From Antedon mediterranea (Eukaryota > Animalia > Echinodermata), in contig NC_092671.1 of the NCBI RefSeq assembly GCF_964355755.1, forward strand, positions 25,556,070 through 25,620,069: 64,000 nucleotides of DNA. Direction: 5' to 3'. Below are positions 1 through 13,500 of this stretch, piece after piece. The position numbers were made by a program, and so were the translations under genes. Position 1 is the first letter of the stretch, and every line of letters starts with the position of its first letter. A model generated the notes under the pieces. The model had not been told where the DNA came from and did no database searches. It saw only the letters and a list, made by a program, of their open reading frames with translations.

Positions 1-70
1 CTGTAGGCCTGGTAGTTGGCAGAGTGGAAAAAGGTACTCTAAAGTGTTTCAATCTACAGGTGTTTGAACA

Positions 71-323
71 TAATGCACTTGTCATTTGTACGACCCCCAG
101 GAAAGATGCATCATGGATGCGTCATTTAAAAATAATTATTGATGCAGAAGTGCAGAACAATGATGTGTCAATGTTTGTCACTTTGCCACCCACCCTATTA
201 TGAACAACATTGTCACTGTGCGTCAAAATGGCTGTGTCATGGTCACCTACAGGTAAGCCACTTTTTTGACGTAGGGGTGCATCATTCATAGTATTCATGG
301 GTTATACAATTGACAAGTGCATA
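71..323. mobile_element. MITE-like element with TAATGCACTTGTCA…TGACAAGTGCAT termini (second copy 866..1208)
   Basis: Inverted termini are visible; a related copy lies on the other side of exon 2. Confidence 0.55.
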
Positions 324-590
324 ATTAGTGGATCAAAATCTAAGTCATTTTCGACATGAGAAAAATCATAATAATCTGAAATAGGCAGGATATGAACCAA
401 CGACCTTGGGATTAGTAAGCAAGCAAGTTATTTATTCATTTATCATCACAATATAGAGCTTTCATTCAGCTTCATTTTATGATGTGTCATGGGTCATCGA
501 CTGGACCTAGAAACCATCAAAACTATATGAATGTGGGAGCCAAGGAAACTGAAGTTCAAACAATAAAACTAAAAAAAATTATATAATTAC

Positions 591-675
591 CATATTCAAA
601 GAAACCTGGCAAGAAGGTCACTCTTCTCATAAAAATATTCCTCCCCTCTCTTTGAGGAAGAGGTTCAAATCCAAT
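591..675 (-). CDS. MTCH2: MTCH copy A exon 2 (85 bp)
   Basis: aatag|ATT…TAT G|gtaatt; encodes IGFEPLPQREGRNIF. Confidence 0.9.
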
Positions 676-2101
676 CTATTAATCAAAATGAAAAAAAAAA
701 TATTATTACATATACAATAATGTACTGTATTAAACATATAACGTCTCAAAAAACTGGTTTTGGTAAATTGAGTTCAAAGAAGAAACTAGTACTAGTAGTG
801 CATTTGGACTATAACCTGTTTACAATACCATTTATACACCTCTTTCTCATGTCTACACAGTATCTAATGCACTTTTTATAATTGTATGACCCACTATATG
901 ACTCCCGGGAAAGGTGCATCCATTTTTTCAATGTATGTCATACCTTATGAATACCATAATGCACCTGTGCAACAAAAATGTGACTTACCTTTAGGTGACC
1001 ATAATGTACTCATTTTGACACACTGTGACCATAATATATGGTGGGTGGTAAAGTGACAGAAATTGACCCACCATTGTTCATTGACGTGACATACCATCTA
1101 GGGTTTTTGACGCACCCCTGCATCAGTAAATATTTGTAAATGACGCATTCATGACTTACCTCTCCCCGGGGGTTGTATAGTGGGTCATAGGATTGACAAG
1201 TGCATATTAAAATTCCCAAACGGTATCCCTGAACGAAACAAGGTCTGATTTATAAATAACCAAAAATTCTATATTCAGATTATCGTTAAGTGATTAAAAT
1301 GTATTTAGGCTAGGCCAAAGCACACTTACAAACCCACCGTTGATTTTTATCGCAATGATTTAAAATGTCACCAACTTTATGTTCACAATCAAACATGCCT
1401 AATTTAGGTCTAGACTAGCCTCGGTCTGCTTATTTTAGCAACACCAATACCCCTGGGCCTACTGTACAATTTATAGCTAGCCTAGTAGTAGGGCTAGGCT
1501 AGCTAAACAAAAAAGAATAACATTCAAAAATATTACATATACCTAGGCCTAGGGCCTGCAACAATCGTGCAAATAATTATTAATGAACTCGACATACAAG
1601 ATAAAAAAGGAGTCAAAATTAATCATATTCATACTAGGCTAGGCCTAGTAGGCCCTAGAGGCCAGCTAGCTAGGCCTAGCCTATATTATTACTTATTTCC
1701 AACGTTTTATTTGATACAATCTTAGGTCTATCCCCGGGCCTATCTAATTTCTAATGCCTAGGCCCTACAGTTATAGATACAAATACTAGCCTAACTAATG
1801 GATTCACAACCTGCACACAATTGATGGTCGCAATCGTATTATTATTATTAGTCCTAGACCTAGCCTAGGCTAGTAGTAGTAGTAGCTAGCTAGAGCAGTA
1901 CAGGTTTAGGGCCTATAGCTAGGCCTACACATTTCTTAGAGGAGTATACACACTACATACAGTTAGAATGACACCAAATTAGACCTATACCTGTATAAGT
2001 GTTTTGACATAAGTAAGAGGATGAGCAACCGTAGTTAGCCCAATGTTTAAGGCAAATTGAGTCCATGGATCAGGACCACTTCCACTATGCATGGATGCCA
2101 T
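591..2101 (-). CDS. MTCH2: Mitochondrial carrier homolog (MTCH2-type, copy A), 5' part: join(2101..1991, 675..591); continues beyond left edge
   Basis: Spliced translation MASMHSGSGPDPWTQFALNIGLTTVAHPLTYVKTLIQ|IGFEPLPQREGRNIFMRRVTFLPGFFEY matches the MTCH2 N-terminus (…QPLMYVKVLIQ|VGYEPLPPTIGRNIFGRQVCQLPGLFSY). GT-AG sites; phases consistent. Confidence 0.92.
866..1208. mobile_element. MITE-like element, same family as 71..323
   Basis: taatgcact…tatgacccactata at the left; tatagtgggtcata…gacaagtgcatatta at the right. Confidence 0.55.
1300..1930. repeat. TAGGCCTA/CTAG-rich low-complexity tract in MTCH-A intron 1
   Basis: Dense, repeated taggcta/taggccta/tagctag words. Confidence 0.6.
1991..2101 (-). 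CDS. MTCH2: MTCH copy A exon 1 (111 bp)
   Basis: AAAATGG start context; ends CAG|gtatag, phase 0. Confidence 0.9.
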
Positions 2102-2200
2102 TTTCGCCGATTTTCTGAAAAATGTCGACCGACCACAAAAAAAGGGGATAACGCTTGTAATATTTTGCAGCCCGCCCTCTAGACTATATAGTATACCAAA
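2102..2200 (-). promoter_or_regulatory. Probable promoter/5'UTR of MTCH copy A
   Basis: CpG-containing patch directly upstream of the ATG, with a GC box (CCCGCCC, ~2171-2177). Confidence 0.35.
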
Positions 2201-3046
2201 ATTGGAATTTATGCGACTTTTTATAATTACTGTATAATACTGTAGTTATTATGGAATTTTATGAGAACATCCTGTGTATCCCATTCTAAGTAATCGATTC
2301 ATCACTGCCACCAAAATTTATTCTGCTGATGATCCTTGAAAATATCATCATCTAGTATTAATTATAGCTGTATCCATCATACAGTTACTGTAAATGTTTT
2401 CGATAAAAGGTTTGATAAAAACAATGACTGGTAAAAACAACAGTTTTTTAATGAAAAAGTCGACAACAATAACATAACAAACATACATTGGAATGAAATT
2501 GAAAAACTATATGAAATTAATTTTTATATCAAAAAACTAGTAGCCTCCTGACAAAGGAAATGTTATACAGTACAACCTTCCATAGAATCATAAATGGCTA
2601 TTTTGTGCTGTACATGATGTATTTGTTTTTATTCATCATACCTTATTAATTTATACAATATTATATTGTGTGAATTATATAGAGTTAACTCTTCCAATAG
2701 GCCTATTGGACTCTATGAAAACCTGAAATTCTCAAAAAACCCAAAACTTTTCCTCAGGAAGCTATCAAATTCATTTTAGTTATAATTAAAAACATTAGAA
2801 TACCAGAATTTATTAGACAACCAGATACTGGGCCAGCTCAAGGGACGCAATGCAATCTAGATTGCCTTGGTTGACTGTAGGCCCATAAATATATAAAAAG
2901 AGAGATGAATATGAATTATGAATTGATCAAAATTCATGTTTAATACCGGATTCACACAAAATGAATCACATTGTAACAAATTGTTACCTTGGAACAAACG
3001 TGTGAAAGCTTTTCAGGCCTGTAAGATTACCTTGATTGGACCGTAT

Positions 3047-3232
3047 TTAAGCGTGGTTCCCACTAGTGACACAACACAACGACGTAACGCAACGCAAGTG
3101 AATTGACCAATCACAAGCGATGGCTTATTCGCTTGTGATTGCTAACTGTCTATAACTTTGCTTGTCATTGGTTGCAACCCTTGCGTTGATTTTACGTCCT
3201 TGCGTTACGTTCTAGTGGGAACCAAGCTTTAA
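3047..3232. mobile_element. MITE with GGTTCCCACTAG TIRs and TTAA flanks (Kolobok/piggyBac-like target); relatives at ~6850-6932 and ~26445-26780
   Basis: ttaagcgtggttcccactag … ctagtgggaaccaagctttaa. Confidence 0.65.
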
Positions 3233-4523
3233 AATTGGATTTTTATTTTGGTTTTTAAAAGGACTCTTGGCAAGGAAATACGGTTTTAAAAACATTGAAA
3301 CAACAGGCCCTTACAATCCTTTAGACAAACACAGTATACAGTTAATACAAAATTCAAAATTGTATATGTAATAAATCAATATTAAAATAGCCTAAGCTAT
3401 TGCCTCTACCCCGTTATAATATACCATTTACATTATAAATATACAATCCTATTCTAAAGACTTATAGGGTTTTAAATCTATATTTTCATTATAAAAATAC
3501 AACAGTATACCATAGTACAATTTTATTCATTCTTGCTTTCATAACTCTGCAGAAACAAATTATTATAAAATTGCAAATATACTTACTAAAAAAAAAAATT
3601 GGTATTTCAAAATTATTCTATAGTAAATTCACCACTCACTGGTAACAAAAATGTTATAAGAATAAAATAAACCAAGGTGATTTTATAAACTTTTTGACGG
3701 ACTAGCGAAAAATAAAAATAGTTTGTAGATTTTTCTGCATGGGTCTATATAGAGAAATACTTAACAAATTGCTTATAAAATTCCAATATATATATATATA
3801 TCTTTTTTTGGCTTTTTCACATTTCACTTCTTGCAACTTTTTTAAAAAGATGCAACCGCACAAAAAAATTTCTTGGCAAATTTGGTACCTGTACAGTAGT
3901 TTTGCTGAATAAAATGTAAAATGGATATAAATCATATTTTGGTTTTTATTTATTGCAATAACATGGCATACCTAAAGGAAGTAACGCTTAAAAGAAGATT
4001 TTAAGATTTCAACCAGTATTACATAATAATTACTTCAGTTATGTTTCCTAAATTATACCAAAAATAGTGAGGCAAGTCATTATGATTCTATATTTCAATA
4101 TTTATCATAAGAAAGTATTCAACATGATCAAATCAAGTTTGAATTATGGAATCATAATCACTTACCACATGTCGGTTGTTTTATATCATATATTAGAATT
4201 ATTAGTAGACCCTCTAATAAACTATACTGCTATACCAATAAACATAAATATATAATTTCGAAAATAAACTTTAAAGCAGTGTGGAATATTGATATAAAAT
4301 AACGATTTAAAAATGGTAGAGATGATCTGAGAAAATCGGCAAAAAAGTTAAAAAAGGTAATTCCAACCATGGTTCAACTAAGACACAAATTGAAATCTTT
4401 TGCTAGATACAGTATGTAGACATCCTATGAATATACGATGTTGAAACACTGATATGACAACATAACAAACTGATATAGAAGCAGGTTTCTTTAGTAAGTG
4501 TTCATGACTCGTGCATCATTGCT

Positions 4524-4574
4524 TTATGCAGGAATCTGTCCCCAATATAACCTTAACCAGTTTTTCAGAAATCC
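4524..4574 (-). CDS. MTCH copy B exon 11, coding part GFLKNWLRLYWGQIPA*
   Basis: Strong polypyrimidine acceptor tttttttcttag|GGA; phase 0; TAA stop; AATAAA signals downstream (e.g. 3242-3247). Confidence 0.8.
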   Translation of the reverse strand, partial: GFLKNWLRLYWGQIPA

Positions 4575-7500
4575 CTAAGAAAAAAAACAGAAAATAAAAA
4601 AATTATATCAGTACACAAGAGCAAAAGTGAAATTTACTAAGGACAGGTTTAAAACCCATCGACACATCTTCATTGTCTTACTACCTTTCTGTGATTATCA
4701 AATTCAGAAGTAAAATCATCTACTTTCTTAGCATACTCATTATTCATTAAAATGAACAAGTAATTTTTTAATATCCTATTCAATTAAATTATAGTAAATT
4801 TTGTAACAATAAACAACAGACAGTGAATATTGACAGAACCATTTTTCCATTAATTACACTTTTTAGCAATATTTTAAAACAGAGAAATGAAATGCTTACT
4901 TCTCTCCATAGATCACGAAGGCAGTCGGTCCATTTATGATACACTGGCATTTTACGAGCAGCTTCAAGTCTATCAAATACGAATGTAAAAATATACAAAC
5001 TAATATAAATATAAAAAGAATTCAACTGAATGTATTTTTGTTGTTGTGGTATATCAGAAATAACTCAGTCACCAGTTCAGTGGTACTGGTATAAAAGTAT
5101 ATGAAATTCTGGCTACTTTGGTGGAAAGTTTGTATATTTGTAAATTTTCAGTATTTTTATTATTTGAGGGCGTTTCTACGACAGCCTATCTTGCAAACCT
5201 GGTGTGTAGCTGTTAACATGAGACCTTGATGCCATATGATTTGGTCAATTGAAAGTAGGATTCCTCTACAGTACGTCTTTAGATTAGTCTACACTATCAA
5301 ACAAAAAAATATGATGTGCCCATGATTGATGATTTCATATCACAACCATATTTGGGCATATCACTAACATATTTGGGCACATCACACCTTTTTTTTCAAA
5401 CTAGTTTGATAATGTACAGTAGCTTTAGCTGAGTCATGCTCCTAGTATGCTTCTAGAAGAGTATGGATTTACTAGCGACCAATGCAGAACTCTACGTACT
5501 AAAGATTGTGGCTGTTGAGTCCAGTGCACCTGGTTATCCTCTTGCAGAACAGCCAGTGAAGGCACCTCATATCTTGTGGACAACCATCATCAGCGTGGGA
5601 CAGGTGTTCGTCCACTTGCCCACAACCAGGAACAAGAACTACTACTTACCCAGAATTACTGACACACATGATGAGACTTGTTTGATCAAATGGTAAAAGA
5701 AATTGGAGCACAAAAAACCCAGAAACCTATAAAAAAAGACAAATTCATACATACTGAAGATTTTGCCTTTATTTCTTTCTTTTTTTATTCTATTATTATT
5801 TGTCCGTCAATTATCAATTATATCAAACTAACAAGCTTTTATCCAATTTTCTGAGTATATTCCTCTATGGCCATAAATAGCCTCAATAAGCTATCAGGTA
5901 AATTTCAGGTCAGAATAGCCAATGTTGCGAAGAGCATATAACATTATTAATTTATAACATGTTTCAGGTAACAACAAAATAAAATTGTTTTCTTTAATAT
6001 ATTTTATAAAGATTCCCGACAAATTCATAAGTATATATGCATGTAATGCGCAATAATGACAAATTAAAATCTAGTCAAAACCCCAGCAATATGACGGGTC
6101 TTACCACTGACAGGTCTCTGATTGAAGTTCTTTGAGTCTGTGTAAAAATGAAAACAAAAATAAAACATAACATTTCCATAACCCACATGGGTGAAAGTGG
6201 ATGGCTTTTAATTCAGAAATAAAGTCAACTCTCCCATCCTTGAGCTGGACTGGTACAGCAGGGCTTGATTTAGTACTTAGCCCTGCGTACAGTATCTAGT
6301 GAAAAACATACCGGGTTAGCGAATCTGCATCATCATGTTGCTCGCCGGGCTAGTAGAATTCAGCAAACAAATTTTATTGCAATTGCCTATTCACAGACCT
6401 TAAATTTCTTTCAAAATAAACGTAAATACATCTAGAATAGATATAGGTAGTATACACAGTAGGCCTAGATTATCTTTTTTTTTTTAATCTTTGAATAAAA
6501 AGGACAAACTAAGGTAAACATTTTTCAGAGTGTCCAATATTAGGAGAATCGACTGTATTTAAATGATAAAATGTAGATAATTAATTATATTTAGTCAAAA
6601 CATAGCTAAGCTGGTACAATTGAAATTTAAAACCTTCCCTACATACAGTTTTTTACTACTAACCTGGTTATCAAGTACATTGCTCCAAAGATAATACATT
6701 CCTTTTAATATTAACACACAACACACTTCATGTATTAGTTCTGGAACCAGACCACTGAAATGAAAAATGAAAACACAGTGTCAAGCATGGAATAAATAAA
6801 GTAAACCTGGAATGTACAGTACATGGTACCAGAAAGGAGTTACAGATTATCAGAGTTGTTACTTGTGATTGGTCAAATAGCTTGTGTTTTTGTGTGTATG
6901 TCTTTGCTAGCTACTGATGGGAACCAAGCCTTCAGGTACAGTACATTCATGCCTGTTTGTCGGAAGGAAGGATTGTGTTGTTCAATTCTTTGTGTGACTT
7001 CCCACTATTTAGAAAACAATTCCATCATGAATGTATTGCAGCTTAAGGCTGTTAATTATCACCAAATGCATACATAGTAAGGAAAGAATTTGGGACTTTT
7101 TCACCTTTACAAAAATTCATAGTTAGGAAAAGTTTAAATCACGTTTTTAGTTACCGTATATCTTTACAATCATCTCCACAATGTTATAGGGCTTATACAC
7201 TTCAGGTCATCATCATATGGGAATTGAACAAAATGCGTAGTGCATAATATAACACAGGCTTGCATACATTTAGAATTTTAGAAATAGACTTAGAGTACAC
7301 ATTGTGGGATGACTACTACGTCACATGATAGTCTATATGTCAGCATTGATGTTAGAATGCCAGATCGTGGCAGTGGCATAAACGCAGAGGCCCCTGGTTT
7401 AGGGAACCTAATAATAAGTAAATGCTGGATGCCTCGGGTGTTTTTAGCTATTTTAGACATATGATAATGCCTGTTTTTTCCTATTATTCTGCTCAGGGAC

Positions 7501-10500
7501 CCCAGGGTTTAGCAAGTTAGCGCTCTTAGCCTGGATAACCAACCCAAGAGCTAATATTAAAATATTAGATATTAAAGTACACTTACACAAAAAAACCACT
7601 AATTCCAGATTCATTATACATGTGTCTAAAAGGAGGAAACCATCCACTAAAAAAAGATAAATGAATGGATTGAATAAACATACAAGCTTTATTTATTATA
7701 AAATTACTTATTCGCAAAAGTAGTGACGATGTTTACAAAATAGCGCAAAAATACAGTTAGCCATCGTCACTAATAAAATATCAAATCTCAAATTGTGGAA
7801 TGGAAAGAAGTGAAAAATATCAATATCAGTATTACAAATATAATTGAATTATATTGAGTTATAAAAAGGAAGTCAACGGTATAGCATGTTCCGATCCTAT
7901 CATTATCGCAGATTCATTTAATTCCTTATTTTCGTCATATATATTCACCCTGTCACTGTATATAAAAAATTGAGAAACTTGAAAAACGGAAAAGCACCTG
8001 GTCCTGACTGTGTGACATCGTCTATGCTGAAGCTATGTGCTGCTAGTCTGTCACTGTTGCTGACAGACATATACAATTATAGCTTGTCTAGTGCCGAAGT
8101 ACCTTCGGCCCGGAAAGATGCAAATATTGCTCCCATTCACAAAAGGACAAGAAAGGCGAATTGAAAAATTACAGACCGGTAGCCTTAACTTCGCTATTTT
8201 GCAAAGTATTGGAGAGCATAGTTGCTGATGAACTTCGTAACCACCTAAACGAGTTCGGCCTTCTGTATGATGCGCAGCATGGATTTACTTCTGGTAAATC
8301 TTGTTCAAGCTTGCTTGCCGAGGCGACAACATCATGGACAACCTTACTTGACAAAGGTGTCCCACGCATTGGCATTGTTGCACTGGACTACAGTCGTGCA
8401 TTTGATTCCATTTCGTACTCTACAATGATTTCCAAACTAAAAAGAACCTATGGAATTTGTGGTTCCATGTTGCCTTGGTTGGAATCCGAGTCTAGGACTT
8501 AATCATCTTCTCTTCATCCATCTGGACACTATTGAGTAAAAAGTGCGATTTTTAAAGTACTACTCCTCCCTAGTTGTAGTATTGAGCTGGGATTTGGCAT
8601 GAATATACTACAGGGACATTTCCTCAAATCTATAGAGCCGGATTTTTTAATTTCAAACCGGATGCAGCCATATGACGTCTCGAAGATGGTACCATATATA
8701 CCGTATTTGGTAGGTTATTGATGTGTATGTGACGTCACATCCCGTCTTATGACGTCATTACAGCTTCATTTGCTGTACCCCGAGTATCGCACATTCGTGC
8801 TTTTTTGTTAATTAATTTGTTTAATTAAGAAGCCACAATGTGTGACACACACCACAGCGTTATGTAGTTATATGCGGCTTCTTGGCGTAGTGGTTATCAC
8901 GTTTGCTTAACAAGCAGAAGGTACCTGGTTTGAGCCCGGGCGAAACCATTTTTTTTTTAACTTTATGGTGAAAAGTACTGTATACGAAATATGATAATTA
9001 TACACAATATATCTTATTTTTATTATTTTTTTAAATACTTATTTTTTGTAATCGGTAATTATCACTTTTACACATGTTTATTTTGCTTTGTGCTTATTAC
9101 CATATTTATTTGTAATTTAAATGGATTAAAAAACTTTGTGTAACCCACATTTTTAGTGTAAGAGGTTTCGTAGTGTAGTGGTTGTCAAGTCTGCTTAACA
9201 CGCAGAAGGTCCCGGTTCGAGCCCTGGCATTATGGTGAAATATACTGTATACGTAATATGATATAGAGTATATTTCGTTTTATTACTCGGGGTACCCGAG
9301 TCTAGGACTCTCATCTTTTCCTCTTCTTCTTCCATCCGGACACTATTGACTACGTGCAAAACCATATCAATATGCAGACGACACTTGCATTGCTAAATGT
9401 ATAATGACGGAGGAAGATAGTTTATCTCTGCAACAGGACATTGACACGATCTCCTGGTGGTCAGCACTTAATTCACTTTCCCTTAACCCTAATAAATGTC
9501 AAGTCCTGTCATTGTCCAGAAAACGAGATCCCGTTGTTCAATCTTACATTCTAAATGGACATGAACTCATGAACGTTAATGACATTACGTTACTTGGTGT
9601 GGTAATATTTCATAATTTGTCATGGGCACATCAGGTAGATAATGTAACTTTTAAATGCAATAGGATGTTAGGTTTTATACGGTCAATTGCCACAGGTTGT
9701 TCTACATCTGTTTTACTTAAACTTTATAAATGTCTTGTTCTTCCCCATATTCAATATTGCTTCCCTGTTTGGTATCTTTATCGTCAAGATGTCATATTAA
9801 TAAGATAGAGAAAATTCAAAGAAGGGCAATTCAATTTATCCTTCATCAACGAATCTTAGATCAGCCATATTCTGACCGATTAACTAGACTGAATTTGATG
9901 ACAGCTGAATCAAATCGAGATTATTTTACCGTTATTTTTGTTACAAATATATTATATAAATTACAGAATAGTTTTATTTTAAATATTTTGATTATCAATT
10001 GTAGGCATTTGGATGTTCTAACTTTTAAACATCTTGCATCCAAAACTGATAGTGGAAAGCATTGTATCCCAACCAGATTTATTCGTTTGTGGAATTCACT
10101 ACCGGTCAATATTAAAGACGCCTTTGTTTGCGGAAGGGTACAATTTAAAAAAATGTTAATGGACCACTTTAACAATACTATGCCTCTTTAATGTATGGTA
10201 TTAATATTACATATTTACATTGTTTTATGTTTTAATGTATGCTTTGAGTGCTGGTGTGGCGACAATGGTCCTTCGACCTCTTTTGCTACTCCTTGATAAA
10301 TTTTATTTATTGTTTTAATGTTGCTAAAATTAATAAAATAAAATAAATAAAAAAATAAATAACAATATTTTTACAAATATCAAAGTGTGGAACATTAATT
10401 GAGCAACAACTGTTGGACTTTAAGCTCAGGTACAAGCATTAATTTTAAATATAATATCTGATTAATTGTACATAAATCAAATATTTGTAATAGAAATCAA

Positions 10501-13500
10501 GATGAAAAAACATGAATTTCCCTTAAAATTGTCAAATACAAAATTTGACAAAATTCTGCTATAAAAACCAGAAAGACGTTTTTAAGTAGTTAGGAGAAGT
10601 CTAACCTAATGTAATAACATGTCTGGTGACTTCCTAGAAGGTGAAAAAAGATGGTGGATAATTTTTGCTATAGCATGAAAATAAAACTGAAGTTGAATAA
10701 AAATATCAGAAATGTAAAATTCAAGTTATATTACCTATATTTAGTCACCTGATAACATTTTTTACCACACCATTTATTTTTCATAGTTTTTTTTAAATGT
10801 CTCTCTATTTACAATATTTGTGTACAAAAGAATAAAGATTTTACTGTGTAATTTGAACTATCTCCTCCTTCCCCACTGATGAAAAAGTGCTTATTTTCGA
10901 CAAGCTTGTGTAACACAAATAAAATCCCAAACAAATTATGAAACATAGGGGAAACTATAGATCGATAATTATTGGAATGTATGATCAATAGAAATTTTTG
11001 ACATGAATAGCAAACAAGTGAAGACTTAACACATTTGTAAAAAAAAACATATCATGAGAGAGAAATCTTCATTTCAAGAGAATGTTTGTTAAAGACAAAA
11101 TCAGTGGGATTTCTTTCACAGTAAAACCATCACCAATACCTCCGTAAAATGACGCTACAGAAACGTCACCTACTCCAGTAACATGAATGTTATAGTTAAT
11201 GGCCAGGAACATAAATGACACAAAGTACTGACACCATGACCATGCAGCCAACTTGATTGTCAGTAAACACCGCATACAAGGCTGTGGGAACTAACCTCCA
11301 AAATTCTGCTATGATACAGTAGGCAGAGCCATAGCTACCAGTACGGTAAGATTTTAAACTGACCACCTTTGATACCCGCACAGGAGATTATTCCCATTTT
11401 TTTGCCACACTCACCACTGGGCTACGGTACTGGTACTGCAAGAGCAAGGCAATCTAACAACATGACACTGAGCTCGCCTTGACAAGATAGGAACTCGTAA
11501 CAGTCCTTTGATCTTATGTCTGGCTGTGACAAATATCAACAGTACTGTACATATTCTCCTCGACACGCTGTGTCTGTTAAGGGGCTTGGAACTGATCCTG
11601 TTGCAGCCAGACCAGCACAGCATTCTGTTGTTTGGAGTAGGAGTCCTCAGTTCACAGACTGAACATGTGAATTAAATAATATATAAATATTCACTATATT
11701 CACATACCTGTAGAGTGTCTCCTTTCCTACAAATTGTGCCAAGCATCTAGTATTTACAACCAAAAATGGGTAGCTGATGATTGTTGAAACAGTACGAGAT
11801 GCAATTTCCTTGCATGTCTGCAATTTGAGAATCATTTCACATGAAACACTAAAGAAAGCTATAAATCTATGAAGTACTGTACAAATTACCACTTTAGCTA
11901 AGCAGTATATTTACATTTGTTGGAAGAAACTATTGCTTTTCAAATTATTTTGTATTATATACTGTAGCCTGTGTAACCTTTTCATACTGCATAAATTGTT
12001 AAAAATTATAAAACAGTTTGATCTCACATTATTATTCGTTTTCATACATGCATATGCGAACCATGAGAAATCTCAGAAAAATAGTTGGGAACTATGCTTA
12101 AATATGGTAGACTAGTGATATGACATTATCATGTCCATATATGGGCACATCACATTGTTTTGTCACATAAAGCTTGATAGTGTAGACAGAGCTTTACACA
12201 TTCATTCATTTCATCTTTTATAACAGACTTCATGCAATCGGTTAGGAATAGCAGTTCATTCTCAAACAACCCAGCAGTGCGACCTAGCCCATAACCATAC
12301 TGTAATTCTACTATCACAAACCTCAATTGAAAATGCCTTAAGATCAGATGCAGCATTCATTCTAGGTGGGAGTAACACATTTAACATCTGTGGAGGATGA
12401 AAAGTACAAACACAGAATAAATCATCAGAAAATGCTTATATCGAAAGATGTACTAGGTTCAATAATGCTCACAACATAGGATTTCTTTATTTTATTTAAT
12501 CAACTTCTCAATAACTCTGTAAGTGAAGGATCTGGACCAACAGGTGGTAAACACCTCTAAAACGGTCCAGTCCCAATTGCACAGTGGCTGTGTGTGACAG
12601 TGGCTGTGTTTGTTTGGACTAGTACACCGGGGTAACCCTCTATTTGTCTCGAAAGATGTACTAGGTTCTTTAAAGTGCACATGAGCTATGTGTACACTGG
12701 ACCTATGGTTTATAGTCCTCATCCGAGAAGACTCATTCTACCACCAGAACCATGGAGCGAGTGAGCCTCGAACCCTTGCTGATGTTATGGCTACGTAATT
12801 ATGGTTCCACTGTCTTAACCACTCGGCCACTCACTCGCTCTTCTGATGAGGACATATGTAAAAAATGCAATTCTTGTTCAAACTGTTTAATATAAATATC
12901 TACCAGCACATATTAACTTTCATTCGAGCATATATCTACATGGTAATGGCACATTCCATGTATATTCCTGGTGCACAGCGAGAAAAGGGCTTTTAGTGCC
13001 ATGCTATAACACTGTCTCTCAACAGTAGTGTTAGAATGTGTCATACATACTTTTTTAACAGCCATTTGTGTAAATCCTGCAATAATGTTTGTCCGACAAA
13101 GACCATAATGACCGCGATAAAGGCCAATAATACCATCTTCCTTTCTAATGTGATTAGCTATGTAATAAAAATAATATCATATAACATAAAAAAAGCACAT
13201 GTACAGTACATTACCGGAGTTTACTTGTTTTGATTCATGGGTCTCTATTTGATTTACAGTTAGAGGACATGGCAACAACTATACCAAAACTATTAACCAA
13301 TCAGACGCCATGAATTGAAATGTTGAAATGCGATTATAATTTTGCTATGCCCTCAGCTAGAGTAAAAATTATCCACCATCTTTAGCACCTTCTAGGGAGT
13401 CACCAGAGATGTTATAAATATTACATTAGGTTAAACTACCTAACTACTAAAAAAAAATCTTTCTCGTTTTTATGGCAGAATTTTGCCACATCTAGTATTT

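Larger units (their letters stand above)
7878..10362 (+). mobile_element. Degenerate CR1/L2-group non-LTR retrotransposon (RT fragments), interrupted at 8486-9349, in MTCH-B intron 5
   Basis: KAPGPD, NYRPVALTS..CKVLE, QHGF..GKSC, LDYSRAFDS, YADD (~9371), LNPNKC, RLWNSLP; frameshifts; A-rich tail at 10331-10362. Confidence 0.9.

Noticed and set aside
6312-6349. Possible extra MTCH-B exon (tag…CCCG|gtatg)
   Set aside because: 38 nt would break the frame between the phase-0 exons 7 and 8, and it has no MTCH similarity.
8876-9228. Functional tRNA-Val genes
   Set aside because: Copy 1 has acceptor-stem mismatches and a mutated T-loop; copy 2 lacks its 3' end.
11069-11645. Cluster of short ORFs in a GC-richer patch of MTCH-B intron 5
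   Set aside because: No recognisable domain and no consistent splice phase; probably decayed retroelement sequence.
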